From Podarcis gaigeae (Eukaryota): a DNA stretch of 58,202 nucleotides. Shown here piece by piece: positions 43,230 through 53,056 of the stretch. The stretch lies in NCBI GenBank assembly GCA_964106915.2, contig CAXKYZ020000115.1; one strand, written 5' to 3'. The translations under genes and the position numbers were made by a program. The notes below the pieces were generated by a model. The model ran no database searches. It worked only from the letters and a program-made list of their open reading frames with translations, and was not told where the DNA came from. Each line of letters opens with the position of its first letter. Positions within the stretch are counted from its first letter, which is position 1.

Positions 43230-44333
43230 TCAGAGCCCTTCGAGTGCTGCTGTGAGGGCTGCCGATGCTGCTTGCGCGGCACGGCGATCCAGATGCCCGT
43301 AAATGTTGATCGTCGTCGTGATCGACTCGTGGCCGAGGTGCTGCTGAATGACAGGCAGCGGCACCCCGGCCGCGATCATCCAACTTGCGCACGAATGCCG
43401 AAGATCATGTGGCCGCGGCTTCTTCCCTAATCTGTCGGACAGCTCCGCTATCATCGGCCGCCACGCCTTGTTGTGAAAAAGTTGAGCAGTGACCGGGCGC
43501 CCGAGACGATTTGTGAACACGAACTCATCCGGTGCGCGCCCCTTTAGATCGCCGCACGCCTCGATCGCCTGATCTGACAGGTTGATCGTCCGCACAGATT
43601 TCCGGGACTTCGGCGGCCCAAGTTTCCGCTTCGCCTCGCCCGTGTACTTCCAGGCCCGCACAATCCGTCCCGTCTTCTCCTCCACATTCAGATCGCCCAC
43701 CTGAAACGCAGTCGCCTCCGAGAACCGCATCCCCGTCGACACCAGAAACACCGTCAACGGACGCCATTGCTCGACCACAACATCCCGCACTCGAACGAAC
43801 TCAGTTGGAGTCAAGAACACCGGCTCATCTTCCTTGTGCCGCGCCGGCAACCTCCGACCGTCACACGGGTTCACTTCAATGTGATTCGCTCGCACAGCAC
43901 CGTTGAACGCACCCGACAAGAACCCATGCTTGTTGGCGATGGTCTTCGAGGATCCCTCCTGCGCCTGGACCCACTTCGAGATCGCCTTCTCGTTCACCAC
44001 AGATAGCGGCAGAAAACCAAGAATCGGATCAATGTCGCGGCGGAGGTACGAGCGGTACTTGTTCTTCGTTGCTTCCTCGACGCCAGTCAGATGGTCGATG
44101 TACTCGGTGCACCACTCTGTCACCGTCAGGGCGGGGATCTCTTCGGGTAATGCTTCCGCGCCGAACATCAGCTCTTGCGCTGCATCGGGTCCGATCTGCT
44201 CCAACAGCTTCTTGTACTTGGTGGCTTCCTTCGGATCGTCGAAGCTGTCCGAGGATTGCGTGCCGTTGTGCCGGTACAGAACCTGGTAGTAGGGCGTGCC
44301 CGCTTTGGTGGTTCGTGGTCGAATGGATGCCAT
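43230..44333 (-). CDS. int: Tyrosine integrase (copy 2)
   Basis: Same as 4155-5258. Confidence 0.96.
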   Translation of the reverse strand: MASIRPRTTKAGTPYYQVLYRHNGTQSSDSFDDPKEATKYKKLLEQIGPDAAQELMFGAEALPEEIPALTVTEWCTEYIDHLTGVEEATKNKYRSYLRRDIDPILGFLPLSVVNEKAISKWVQAQEGSSKTIANKHGFLSGAFNGAVRANHIEVNPCDGRRLPARHKEDEPVFLTPTEFVRVRDVVVEQWRPLTVFLVSTGMRFSEATAFQVGDLNVEEKTGRIVRAWKYTGEAKRKLGPPKSRKSVRTINLSDQAIEACGDLKGRAPDEFVFTNRLGRPVTAQLFHNKAWRPMIAELSDRLGKKPRPHDLRHSCASWMIAAGVPLPVIQQHLGHESITTTINIYGHLDRRAAQAASAALTAALEGL

Positions 44334-44453
44334 GAAACGAAAAAACCTCCCGGTTAGGGAGGTCATCGTATCGTCGTTGTGTGACAGGTGTTGACGTGGC
44401 GTGTTGACCGTCAACATTTTTTTCACCTTGCAGGTCTCTGACCTGCATCGATA

Positions 44454-44482
44454 TGGTGGAGCTAAGGGGATTCGAACCCCTG
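44454..44482 (-). other. attP core, tRNA-Ala 3' end (copy 2)
   Basis: Same as 5379-5407. Confidence 0.9.
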
Positions 44483-44872
44483 CGAAAACAGGGTATACGC
44501 GCAGGTCAGGGAGTATTTATTGCGTCTTCCGTGATTGTTGACGCAGCCAGTTGACCAGCGGTTATGGATGGTCATGTTGACGCGGTCAACACACTTTCCC
44601 TCGCACATCTGTTCGATACCTGGTAGCGTCGGCACTGTTGGCAGGAGACGGAAGGGAAGCCGTCAGTGATCGCCGCACCACAACTGAATAGTTCGATGCC
44701 CACCTGACTCATTCGGCAGCACAGGTGGGCTTCGACGTACCATGGCAGCAACGCGTATCGTGTCCTGATCGTGACGTAACACGCAATGTAATTTTGACGA
44801 CTTAGTGATGGAATGTAGCGGCAAGTAGCGCATAGTGGGTGCACGACCCGATACAAGGGATATATTGCCCGG

Positions 44873-45088
44873 ATGCCGACTAGACCCCGTCATCCGATCA
44901 AGGAACTGGAAGCACTGTTAAAAGAGCTCGAAAATCAAGGCTGGCGGGTAGTCAAGACCAAGTACTACAAGGTCTACTGTCCTTGCAAGCTCCATATCAG
45001 CACAGTGCATCTGACGCCATCGAACCCTATGTATCAACAGAATCTAGAAGGAAAGCTGAGGAGGACAGGATGCTTCGAGCAGAAGTAG
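44873..45088 (+). CDS. HicA-like protein (copy 2)
   Basis: Same as 5798-6013. Confidence 0.6.
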   Translation: MPTRPRHPIKELEALLKELENQGWRVVKTKYYKVYCPCKLHISTVHLTPSNPMYQQNLEGKLRRTGCFEQK

Positions 45089-45417
45089 GCACCACCACCT
45101 ACTACGTCGAACTGATAGTCGGAGTCCGACGCGACAACAACGACCTTGAGAGCATCATCGACCCATTGATGGATGCCTTCGAGGGACTGACCGGTGTGAG
45201 CGACGTCGACCTCGGTGTCGACTTCGGAGAGCGCACACTCACCATCTCGATGTATGTCGACGCCGACACCGAGGGTGGTGCGATCAACGACGCCATCGCC
45301 GCAGCGCGGACCGCCATCCATCAAACCGGAGGCCACACCCCAGGCTGGGAAAACTCCATGCCTGAGGCTGATGACTTCTTCTCCTCAGTGAAGCGAGCCG
45401 ACCTAGTCGACTGCTGA
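45070..45417 (+). CDS. HicB-like acidic partner (copy 2)
   Basis: Same as 5995-6342. Confidence 0.55.
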   Translation: MLRAEVGTTTYYVELIVGVRRDNNDLESIIDPLMDAFEGLTGVSDVDLGVDFGERTLTISMYVDADTEGGAINDAIAAARTAIHQTGGHTPGWENSMPEADDFFSSVKRADLVDC

Positions 45418-45432
45418 CATCGTTAGACGACG

Positions 45433-45469
45433 AAAAGCCCCCAACCTCGCGATGAGGTTGGGGGCTTTT
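45433..45469. terminator. Bidirectional terminator (copy 2)
   Basis: Same as 6358-6394. Confidence 0.9.
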
Positions 45470-45629
45470 GTCATTCTGCGGGTGTTTCCGGTTGCTTCAT
45501 GATGATCAGTTCGGCGTCCGGTGCATCTTTCCAGCGGTACGCCCAGCGTCCGTCAGCGAGTTTCACGGTGCCGGGTTGGCCGGTGTCGGGGTCAGGTTCG
45601 AAAGCCATACCCTGATTGTCTCAGCCCGG

Positions 45630-46751
45630 TCAGGTGATGCGGACGTAGGTGTTCGCTCCGGATTGGATCGGGAACGAGTTCGAGAAGTTCGTGAACCAGC
45701 ATTCGATCGTCGCGACTTGACCGGTGGTGATTGCCATCGGATCGGATGCGATTGGAACATTCGTCGTCGCGTATCCGGTCAGGGGGTAGTCCGTGATGGT
45801 CTTCACGACTACGCCATCTACTTTCAGCCGCACACTCACCTGGTAAGCGCCGGTCGACAGAGTAATGCTGAGTTGCCCTGACACGACAGCATTCGCCTTC
45901 GCGCCCCGAGCTTGAACACCATCGCCGGATACTGTCGAACCGGAATCCGCTGTCCACGCGGGCACGACAAGCCACGCCCCATTGGCCGTCGGAACCCAGT
46001 TACCGTTCTTCGTCATCCCAGACGGGCTGAAGTTGATCGCCTGAACGTTCGGTACGTAAGCCGTTGCTGTGCCCGTGATCGACGGCGCGATGACCTTCGC
46101 GTCCCGCCGAATCTCGGGCGCGTACACAGTCGCTGAAACCGCAATCAGAGGGGCTGTCACTGCACTTGAACCGATCACTGCCGGCGCGTTCACTGACCCA
46201 GTTACCGCGATCATCGGAGCATTGATCACAGCTGTTCCCGTTGCGGTCACCAACGGAGCCAACAACTCTGCGAACGCCGCGATGATCGGAACGGTAGCCG
46301 CGTAGTCCGCGGTGATCTTAGGCGAGTACATGCCAGCAGTCACCTGGATGAACGGCACTTCGACTGTCGCATCGAACGCCTCGGACACAGTGGGTGCCAG
46401 CACGATCGCTGACACCGAAATCGCAGGTACCTCGATCAACGCCTCGGCCGAGACATCGGGCGCATAGACAACACCAGCTACGAGTATTGCTGTTTCGGGT
46501 CGGACAGTTGCCGTTCCGGAGACGGACGGTTCGTAAACCTGAGCCGAGGCAGTGATGAGCGGTGCTACGGTGCGAACAGTAGCCGACACAACCGGGTCTG
46601 CCATCACGACCGACACCAGAATTTGAGGAATCGGCACGAAGGCATCCATCGTGCCGTCCCACACCAGTTGATCACCGAGATACGCACGGACAGCTCGCTT
46701 GCCATCCAAGATCAGCGCCGATGCGGCTTGGCCGCGGTTGAACAAGCCCAT
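45630..46751 (-). CDS. Minor tail / fibre protein (copy 2)
   Basis: Same as 6555-7676. Confidence 0.75.
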   Translation of the reverse strand: MGLFNRGQAASALILDGKRAVRAYLGDQLVWDGTMDAFVPIPQILVSVVMADPVVSATVRTVAPLITASAQVYEPSVSGTATVRPETAILVAGVVYAPDVSAEALIEVPAISVSAIVLAPTVSEAFDATVEVPFIQVTAGMYSPKITADYAATVPIIAAFAELLAPLVTATGTAVINAPMIAVTGSVNAPAVIGSSAVTAPLIAVSATVYAPEIRRDAKVIAPSITGTATAYVPNVQAINFSPSGMTKNGNWVPTANGAWLVVPAWTADSGSTVSGDGVQARGAKANAVVSGQLSITLSTGAYQVSVRLKVDGVVVKTITDYPLTGYATTNVPIASDPMAITTGQVATIECWFTNFSNSFPIQSGANTYVRIT

Positions 46752-46766
46752 CGTGACGCCTCCTGC

Positions 46767-47204
46767 TTACGGGGTGGTGAAGCCGATGATTCCGGCGGCA
46801 TCCCACACACTGGTGAAAACACCTGCCGTAGTGGACACGTCAGCGCCGAAATCGATGTACCCGATGAGGGGCTTCGTCGCATCCGTAGACGGCGTGTCGT
46901 CGTACAGCACCAAATAACGGCCCGTGACTGTCGAGTCGGGCCACTGCGTATCCGACGCATCCAGAATCAGAGTGTTGGTTCCTGCGGTGTAGTTAACCGT
47001 CTTACCCGCCAACGCCACACCACCAGCGGTGTAGCCAGTGCCCGCGGACTCGTTTGTCACGGACGACTTGTACTGGTGGGTGTCCTGATTCGGGGTGTAC
47101 GCGCTCGTGCAGAGCATCGCCTTGATGGTGTGCGAGGTCCAGTTGATCTCGCCGTTCACCATGCTTTTGAAGGCGAGGCCGTAGAGCTTGCCTGATGCTG
47201 CCAT
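46767..47204 (-). CDS. Minor tail protein (copy 2)
   Basis: Same as 7692-8129. Confidence 0.8.
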   Translation of the reverse strand: MAASGKLYGLAFKSMVNGEINWTSHTIKAMLCTSAYTPNQDTHQYKSSVTNESAGTGYTAGGVALAGKTVNYTAGTNTLILDASDTQWPDSTVTGRYLVLYDDTPSTDATKPLIGYIDFGADVSTTAGVFTSVWDAAGIIGFTTP

Positions 47205-47213
47205 GTCGGTCTC

Positions 47214-47651
47214 CTAGGATTCGAAAACTATGTAGAGGGTTTCGGGGTCTGGTGAGGGGGTCGCCGCGAATTCGGCGACAGTGGTTCGGACTTGGCGGGA
47301 GATGCCGCCGCCGTTGCGGATGAATCCATCCGACTCGGCGGGAGGTGGCGGGGCGCCGGCGTCGATCAACGGCCACAAACGGAAAGTCCCCGACTCAGCG
47401 GGGACTTCAACGGGGTAAACATCATGCGTTGGATTGGATCTCGACCAACGGATCCCCACCCAGTACGGGCCAGGATCCAACATCGGACTAGTGAACAGCC
47501 CGGTCGTCGCATTCACGGGGACGGTGGTGCGTGCGGGGCCGAGGATCGCATCATGCGCCACACTGTCGCGGATGTCGCGGACCGTGAACACAATCTCCGC
47601 ACCAACACCCAACTTCGCACCATCAGTCAACCGATCAGAAATAACAGGCAT
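47214..47651 (-). CDS. Minor tail protein (copy 2)
   Basis: Same as 8139-8576. Confidence 0.7.
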   Translation of the reverse strand: MPVISDRLTDGAKLGVGAEIVFTVRDIRDSVAHDAILGPARTTVPVNATTGLFTSPMLDPGPYWVGIRWSRSNPTHDVYPVEVPAESGTFRLWPLIDAGAPPPPAESDGFIRNGGGISRQVRTTVAEFAATPSPDPETLYIVFES

Positions 47652-47932
47652 CAGACCACCACCTCCGCCAGTAACGGGTTGAGTTGTTCATCGCAAGCGC
47701 GCTGCCAATCGCCATCCCATTGCGCAACCCAAAGCGGCTCAGGTCCCGTCATCAGCAACGCCCACCCAGCCGGAAGGTCCTCGTAATCTGCGGACCGAAT
47801 TACTCGCGTAGCGCCGGTTGATAGATCAATGATCCACAGGTGTGGTGCGACAGGACCGAAAACATCCAACGCAGGTTTCGCCCACTCCTCGACTTCCTCA
47901 GCTGTGACACAAAGCTTTCCGTCCGCCATCAT
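47651..47932 (-). CDS. Hypothetical protein (copy 2)
   Basis: Same as 8576-8857. Confidence 0.68.
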   Translation of the reverse strand: MMADGKLCVTAEEVEEWAKPALDVFGPVAPHLWIIDLSTGATRVIRSADYEDLPAGWALLMTGPEPLWVAQWDGDWQRACDEQLNPLLAEVVV

Positions 47933-48792
47933 GTCGCTGAAGCTCCTAACGACGCCCACATCAGACGTTCCTTGTTGTACGAAAACGAATTCATAGAGAC
48001 GGCAGATGGAAGAACGGACTGATTCGCGAGCGAGGCGTGACGCGCTTGCGGTACAGTGCCCGATTCCTCGGAGATCCCGGTTAGCGTGATGGCGCCCAGC
48101 CCCCGGGTTCGTTGACCCAAGCCTGGCGCGATCTGAAGTGATGCAACAGCGAACAGTTGGTCAGGCTCGGCCATCAAAGACAATCCTGTTGATATGTGGT
48201 ACCTGCGTCGCTGGCTGGACAAGATCGCTTTGATGTCTCCAGAATCCCAGATCTTGATCATTCGATTGTTAGGCTTGTCATACCCGTAGATCCCCAGATA
48301 CCAGGCGTCGATCCCGAAGAAACTGGCGTCGCTGCCAGTAATGATGCGCAGTACTTCTAGTGGCGTGGCTCGGTCAAGGCCGCCACGTATGAAAGCGAAC
48401 TCTGCCGAACGCTTGTCAGGGTTAAACACCGGCGTCTCAGTCGTTTCGCTGCCAAACTCGCCCGTATATCTGAGGTACTGCATCATCGTGTCAGGGAATG
48501 AAACCAGGTCCCGACCGCCAGTGGACGCCCACGCCGGGGTTGTCACGCCAGTACGTGTGACGTTCTCCAAGCTCGCGATCTGGTTTCCATATCCGGTGAT
48601 CAGGATGCCGCGGTCGTTGATCTCTTTCAGTGGTCCAAGACCGAAGGATCCACGACCCAGGAACGCATCAGCGATGCTGCCGAGCAGCTGGCCGATGTTC
48701 GCGAACCCCGCAAAAATCTGGCTGAACCAGTTGTTTTTGAACGTCCCCCAAATGTCTTGATCCCGAGGCTTGCCGGGAGGCAACTTCTCCAT
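47929..48792 (-). CDS. Minor tail protein (copy 2)
   Basis: Same as 8854-9717. Confidence 0.7.
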   Translation of the reverse strand: MEKLPPGKPRDQDIWGTFKNNWFSQIFAGFANIGQLLGSIADAFLGRGSFGLGPLKEINDRGILITGYGNQIASLENVTRTGVTTPAWASTGGRDLVSFPDTMMQYLRYTGEFGSETTETPVFNPDKRSAEFAFIRGGLDRATPLEVLRIITGSDASFFGIDAWYLGIYGYDKPNNRMIKIWDSGDIKAILSSQRRRYHISTGLSLMAEPDQLFAVASLQIAPGLGQRTRGLGAITLTGISEESGTVPQARHASLANQSVLPSAVSMNSFSYNKERLMWASLGASAT

Positions 48793-49112
48793 CAGTGCTC
48801 ACCCCACTTAGATCGACATCGACGCTCACGCCTCTGCACACGCACCAACACAACCGTCAACACCAACACCGAAACCGCACAACCCGCATACAAAACAATG
48901 CGAATCACATCCCGCCCCGGATACAACGAATTCGACATCGCCGACGCAGCCACCTGAATCAACACCAGACACGTCAACACCTTCTCGGGCAACAACACCC
49001 GACCAACCTCATTCGCCCACCACTTCGACCGAAACGCATAGATCAGAGTGAACGTGCACCACACCAACGTGAGGAACACCAACAGCCAGTTACCGACTTC
49101 TCTGAGCATCAT
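48792..49112 (-). CDS. Holin-like membrane protein (copy 2)
   Basis: Same as 9717-10037. Confidence 0.68.
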   Translation of the reverse strand: MMLREVGNWLLVFLTLVWCTFTLIYAFRSKWWANEVGRVLLPEKVLTCLVLIQVAASAMSNSLYPGRDVIRIVLYAGCAVSVLVLTVVLVRVQRRERRCRSKWGEH

Positions 49113-49306
49113 CGCCCTTCCATACTCAGCCGGAACAACTCACCGAAGTGGTTGTGCACCATCTGATCCTGAACACGCTGCCCGCGACGCTCGTGGTCCG
49201 GGCGGGCGCGACGAGACGCCGCCAACCGCTTATCCACTTCCTCGTCCAGCAACCGTGCTTCGGTGACTGTTTCGTTCTCGGCGTGTTGACGCCGACGCCA
49301 CCTCAC
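49109..49306 (-). CDS. Small lysis-cassette protein (copy 2)
   Basis: Same as 10034-10231. Confidence 0.62.
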   Translation of the reverse strand: MRWRRRQHAENETVTEARLLDEEVDKRLAASRRARPDHERRGQRVQDQMVHNHFGELFRLSMEGR

Positions 49307-49590
49307 GACGCCCCCTGAGCTGACTCTTTCCGCCACTCCTCAAGTAGCCGCGCCGACAGATCAGACGTGGCCGATAGCTTCGCGATGGTCTTGGCGTCCT
49401 CACCGTTCAGCGTTAACGCCTTGTCCAACGCTGAACGGAGGTACGTGTTCGCCTGCCGCTCAGCGTCCAGTTGCTCACGATGCTGAGCGCCGACGACGAG
49501 GACACCTCTCGCGATCATGAGGAAGACACCGACGACGAACCCGACGACGACACCCCCCTCAATGGGGAGCGCGGAAAAGAACTCCCCCAT
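49303..49590 (-). CDS. Membrane protein (copy 2)
   Basis: Same as 10228-10515. Confidence 0.68.
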   Translation of the reverse strand: MGEFFSALPIEGGVVVGFVVGVFLMIARGVLVVGAQHREQLDAERQANTYLRSALDKALTLNGEDAKTIAKLSATSDLSARLLEEWRKESAQGAS

Positions 49591-49874
49591 CACCCTTGCT
49601 TGCGGTGTCGGCCGACGTACTCGTCGAGTTCCGAAGCCTGCTGCGGTGTGATCGCATTCGGCACCAACCACGCCGACACCGCAAACACACCCTGAATGCT
49701 GATCGCCAACACAACCTGCGCGGTACCCGAGATCGGCAACCCGACCAACAGCACCAGCACATTCGCCAGCAAACCAACAACATTCGCGATCGTCTTGCGG
49801 TTCTGCTTCACGAACGGAATGTTCTGCACATACGACTTCGCGAAACCATCCAAACCAGAATCAGCAGTCATCAC
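49590..49874 (-). CDS. Holin (copy 2)
   Basis: Same as 10515-10799. Confidence 0.78.
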   Translation of the reverse strand: MMTADSGLDGFAKSYVQNIPFVKQNRKTIANVVGLLANVLVLLVGLPISGTAQVVLAISIQGVFAVSAWLVPNAITPQQASELDEYVGRHRKQG

Positions 49875-50647
49875 TTACCTGCCTTCGGGTCCTTGAAACC
49901 ATCGATCCCGAGTTTCGCGCCGATCGCAGCCAACGCATTGACAAGGGTGCGGTCCCCTAACTGGTCCCAGCCGGGGTACTCGCCCGCGTCACGTCCACCC
50001 GTCAGCTGCTGCCGAACGTCCTTAACATCTGAACCAATCGGTCCACAAAACCCAGCGACAAAGTCTTGTACCTGCTTCACTTCCGAGCTACCCACGGGAG
50101 CCTCCTGCTTGTTATCGATTCGAGCTTGAATGTCTGCGCGGAACTTGTTCATGTCCATTCCGCCGGGATCCCACTTGCCCTGCGCCGCACCAGCCCACTC
50201 CTTGTGGCCGATCGCATGCGAGGCAGGCTGACCGACCTTCCGGAGGATCGCAGCGCAGCACCGCACATACGCGTCGTACTGCGCGGGCGACCAACCTTCG
50301 GTGCCGTTGTTCTCCGCCTCGATACCGATGGTGCGTTCATTCGCACCGTTGGTCGGCAATCCTGGGTACGATCCGCTGCCGGCATGCCAGGCGACACCCA
50401 CACCGACGACGGTGGCGACACCATCTCGGGACAGGTGAATCTGCGAGCACAAGCCGAGACTCGGATGGTTCGCGATGTATCCGGGGTTGTTGCCGGGCGG
50501 GTTGTTGCCGGTGTGGTGTGCGACGACACCCCAGATCGTGCCCATGTCGCCGTGTCCGCGGTCTTTCCAGCCGGGGTATTCGACGACTTTGATTCCCTCA
50601 GCGCGCAAGACATCTGCGAGCCAGACGGGATCTCCTGTCCAGGTCAT
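49871..50647 (-). CDS. lysA: Endolysin amidase (copy 2)
   Basis: Same as 10796-11572. Confidence 0.93.
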   Translation of the reverse strand: MTWTGDPVWLADVLRAEGIKVVEYPGWKDRGHGDMGTIWGVVAHHTGNNPPGNNPGYIANHPSLGLCSQIHLSRDGVATVVGVGVAWHAGSGSYPGLPTNGANERTIGIEAENNGTEGWSPAQYDAYVRCCAAILRKVGQPASHAIGHKEWAGAAQGKWDPGGMDMNKFRADIQARIDNKQEAPVGSSEVKQVQDFVAGFCGPIGSDVKDVRQQLTGGRDAGEYPGWDQLGDRTLVNALAAIGAKLGIDGFKDPKAGK

Positions 50648-50656
50648 GTGTTTCTC

Positions 50657-52237
50657 CTAGGTTGAGTTGGCGATAGCGCGGATGCTGCCGAAGATCGTTT
50701 GGACCTTCTTCAAGACGCGCTCCCAGCCATCGCCGACTGTGATGGCATCACCGAACGTGGTGACAGTCCGCATGCGGCCGTCTTCCTGTTCGGTGATCTT
50801 CACGTTCGAAACGTGCTTCTCGATCACGACACCGTCATCCCAGACAGTCATGATGTCGCCGTGCTTGTAGCGGCGCTCGAAGTGCACTTCCACGCCGTCG
50901 ATCACTTCGACGTCTTCTCCGAACGTGAAGCCGCGACCATCCGCGCCGCCCTCGACGACCGTCAACCGGATCGCCTCGGAACCGGAATGCGCCTTCAACG
51001 CAGCCAAGCCGACAGCGAACCCATCCAACGACCACGCGGACGTGTTGTCGCCGAACGCTTCACCGCGACCCAACTCCCCCAAATCGGTTTCGAGTTCGGG
51101 ATCCCAGAACTGTTGGAACGCGAAGAACACGTTGTCGAACAGGTCGCCGATGATGTTGCCCAACCCGAGACCGGGGAGGATGGCGTTCAGGATCAACTGC
51201 AACGCGAAGTTCGCGCCCCACTCGATGACCTGATTCAGGATCTCGGGGGCCTTGCCGCCGATCACAACACGTGTTGCGTCCGCAGTCTTTTCGACCCGTT
51301 CAATCCAGGCGATCTGATCACCATCCGTGCGCCACTGAAACTGGCGGCGGTCCCGCTTCGCGTGCGTGTTGAACACGAACCCTGGGTTCTGCAACTTCCC
51401 CCACTCGGACGGATTTGTGAGCCCGAGGATGTTTCCGGGGTTGGTGAAGTTCAGGAAGTTGTCGGACGTGTAGTCCATCACCGATTGCAGCATCGAGAGG
51501 GTGTGCGTGTTGAACACGTGCGGGGACGGCAACCCGTCAGCCGGCGTCCACAAGTTGATGGACAAGCCGATCTCGTAGGTCTCGACGGTCTGCTTGAATA
51601 GTTCGTCGAGCTGGGTGAACCGGGCGGCCAACACGATCATGTCGTCGGGTGACTCGTGCACGATGTTCAGCAAGTCGTCGAGAGTGTCGATGTCGTCGAG
51701 GTCCGGCAACTCGGGTGTGGTTTTGCGGATTGGCAGAGCGGACACGACCGGCGATCGGAGTCGTGTCATCACCTTCGACACGTACTTCTTCATCACCTGA
51801 TCGGGTGGTCCCCAGTCAACATCCTGCTTACCAGTGATGTTGAACTGGATCTCAGGCGGCAGGATGTTGTTCACCCATGCCAACGCCCGCAACAGCTTGA
51901 ACAAGTTCGAGACACAAGTCAGTTTGATCGTCAACCTGCCAGGCGGTCCCGCGACTTGAGCCTCCATAACCCGCCCATCCCACGGGATTCCATTGTGGGT
52001 GGTGCGGATGTGGATGACTTTCCGCCGCGGGTGCGACAGATACGACGCCATCGGATGATCCCCACGAATGTAGATTTCCGCGGTGGTGGGGATCGCCCAA
52101 TCCCACTCGAAAGTGGTTCCCGCCATGTACGCGCCAAGAGGCCTCCACGACATGGCATCTGGTGAACCGACCTCGATTCGGAAACCTTTGACCTCGGTGG
52201 TGTTGGGGCGCGGGTATCCGGGGAGGGCGACAGTCAT
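50657..52237 (-). CDS. Minor tail protein (copy 2)
   Basis: Same as 11582-13162. Confidence 0.85.
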   Translation of the reverse strand: MTVALPGYPRPNTTEVKGFRIEVGSPDAMSWRPLGAYMAGTTFEWDWAIPTTAEIYIRGDHPMASYLSHPRRKVIHIRTTHNGIPWDGRVMEAQVAGPPGRLTIKLTCVSNLFKLLRALAWVNNILPPEIQFNITGKQDVDWGPPDQVMKKYVSKVMTRLRSPVVSALPIRKTTPELPDLDDIDTLDDLLNIVHESPDDMIVLAARFTQLDELFKQTVETYEIGLSINLWTPADGLPSPHVFNTHTLSMLQSVMDYTSDNFLNFTNPGNILGLTNPSEWGKLQNPGFVFNTHAKRDRRQFQWRTDGDQIAWIERVEKTADATRVVIGGKAPEILNQVIEWGANFALQLILNAILPGLGLGNIIGDLFDNVFFAFQQFWDPELETDLGELGRGEAFGDNTSAWSLDGFAVGLAALKAHSGSEAIRLTVVEGGADGRGFTFGEDVEVIDGVEVHFERRYKHGDIMTVWDDGVVIEKHVSNVKITEQEDGRMRTVTTFGDAITVGDGWERVLKKVQTIFGSIRAIANST

Positions 52238-53056
52238 TTAGAAGCCCTCCCTGAATAGTTGCGGCAGCGTCACTTTCACCGAGGTGTTGGTGTTGGTGCC
52301 GGTTCCTTGGATCGTGATGGGGACGGTGATTGGGCTGGCTGGGTTTCCGGGGATCTGCTTGTACCAGGCACGGGCGATCCACGACCGATCGTTGCCGGCG
52401 CCGTCTTTGATGGAGAACCAGTTCGGGTCGGTGTTGATGGTCCACACGTCGCCGGCTGCGATGGTCGGTAGTGGGACGAGTTCGCCTTGCCAGCCGATCT
52501 TCGGAAGCGTGATGGGGCCGGTGATGACGATGTGCGGCCACACCGGCTCATCCGATTCAGATTCGATAGCGGCTGTTGCGAAGTCCGCGGCCTTGAATGT
52601 CTTGACGGCAGGTCGCTTACGCCACCACGTCTCGTCCGACCGAAGTGTTGCCGGGTCGTTGAGCTGCACCCCGGAGTCCTTCAACAGCCGAATGTCCATC
52701 GGCCCGAACTTCGTCGACAACCTCACGTACTGGAATTTCTCGCCACCAGTTTCGGTGATCGACCAGAAGGTGTGGATTTCTTTGCCGCGGCCCAATGAGT
52801 GCCGCCACAGCTTCCCGAGCCGCAACGCGTCAGCCTTCGGGACAGGCCCGACCTTGCAGTCCAACCCGATGAAGTTCGGCATGTCATTGCGGGCAACCCA
52901 CGACACCCCAGCCTGACCCACATTCTTCTGGTCATCGTGCGTGAACTCGGCGCCCTCAGTACCCGTCGGTTCCGTACGAAACGAGACGGGACAGGCAGGA
53001 TCGTTGAAATCCCACACTGTCCCGTCTGCGCATTCGAGGACATATCGCCTACTCAT
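52238..53056 (-). CDS. Distal tail protein (copy 2)
   Basis: Same as 13163-13981. Confidence 0.82.
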   Translation of the reverse strand: MSRRYVLECADGTVWDFNDPACPVSFRTEPTGTEGAEFTHDDQKNVGQAGVSWVARNDMPNFIGLDCKVGPVPKADALRLGKLWRHSLGRGKEIHTFWSITETGGEKFQYVRLSTKFGPMDIRLLKDSGVQLNDPATLRSDETWWRKRPAVKTFKAADFATAAIESESDEPVWPHIVITGPITLPKIGWQGELVPLPTIAAGDVWTINTDPNWFSIKDGAGNDRSWIARAWYKQIPGNPASPITVPITIQGTGTNTNTSVKVTLPQLFREGF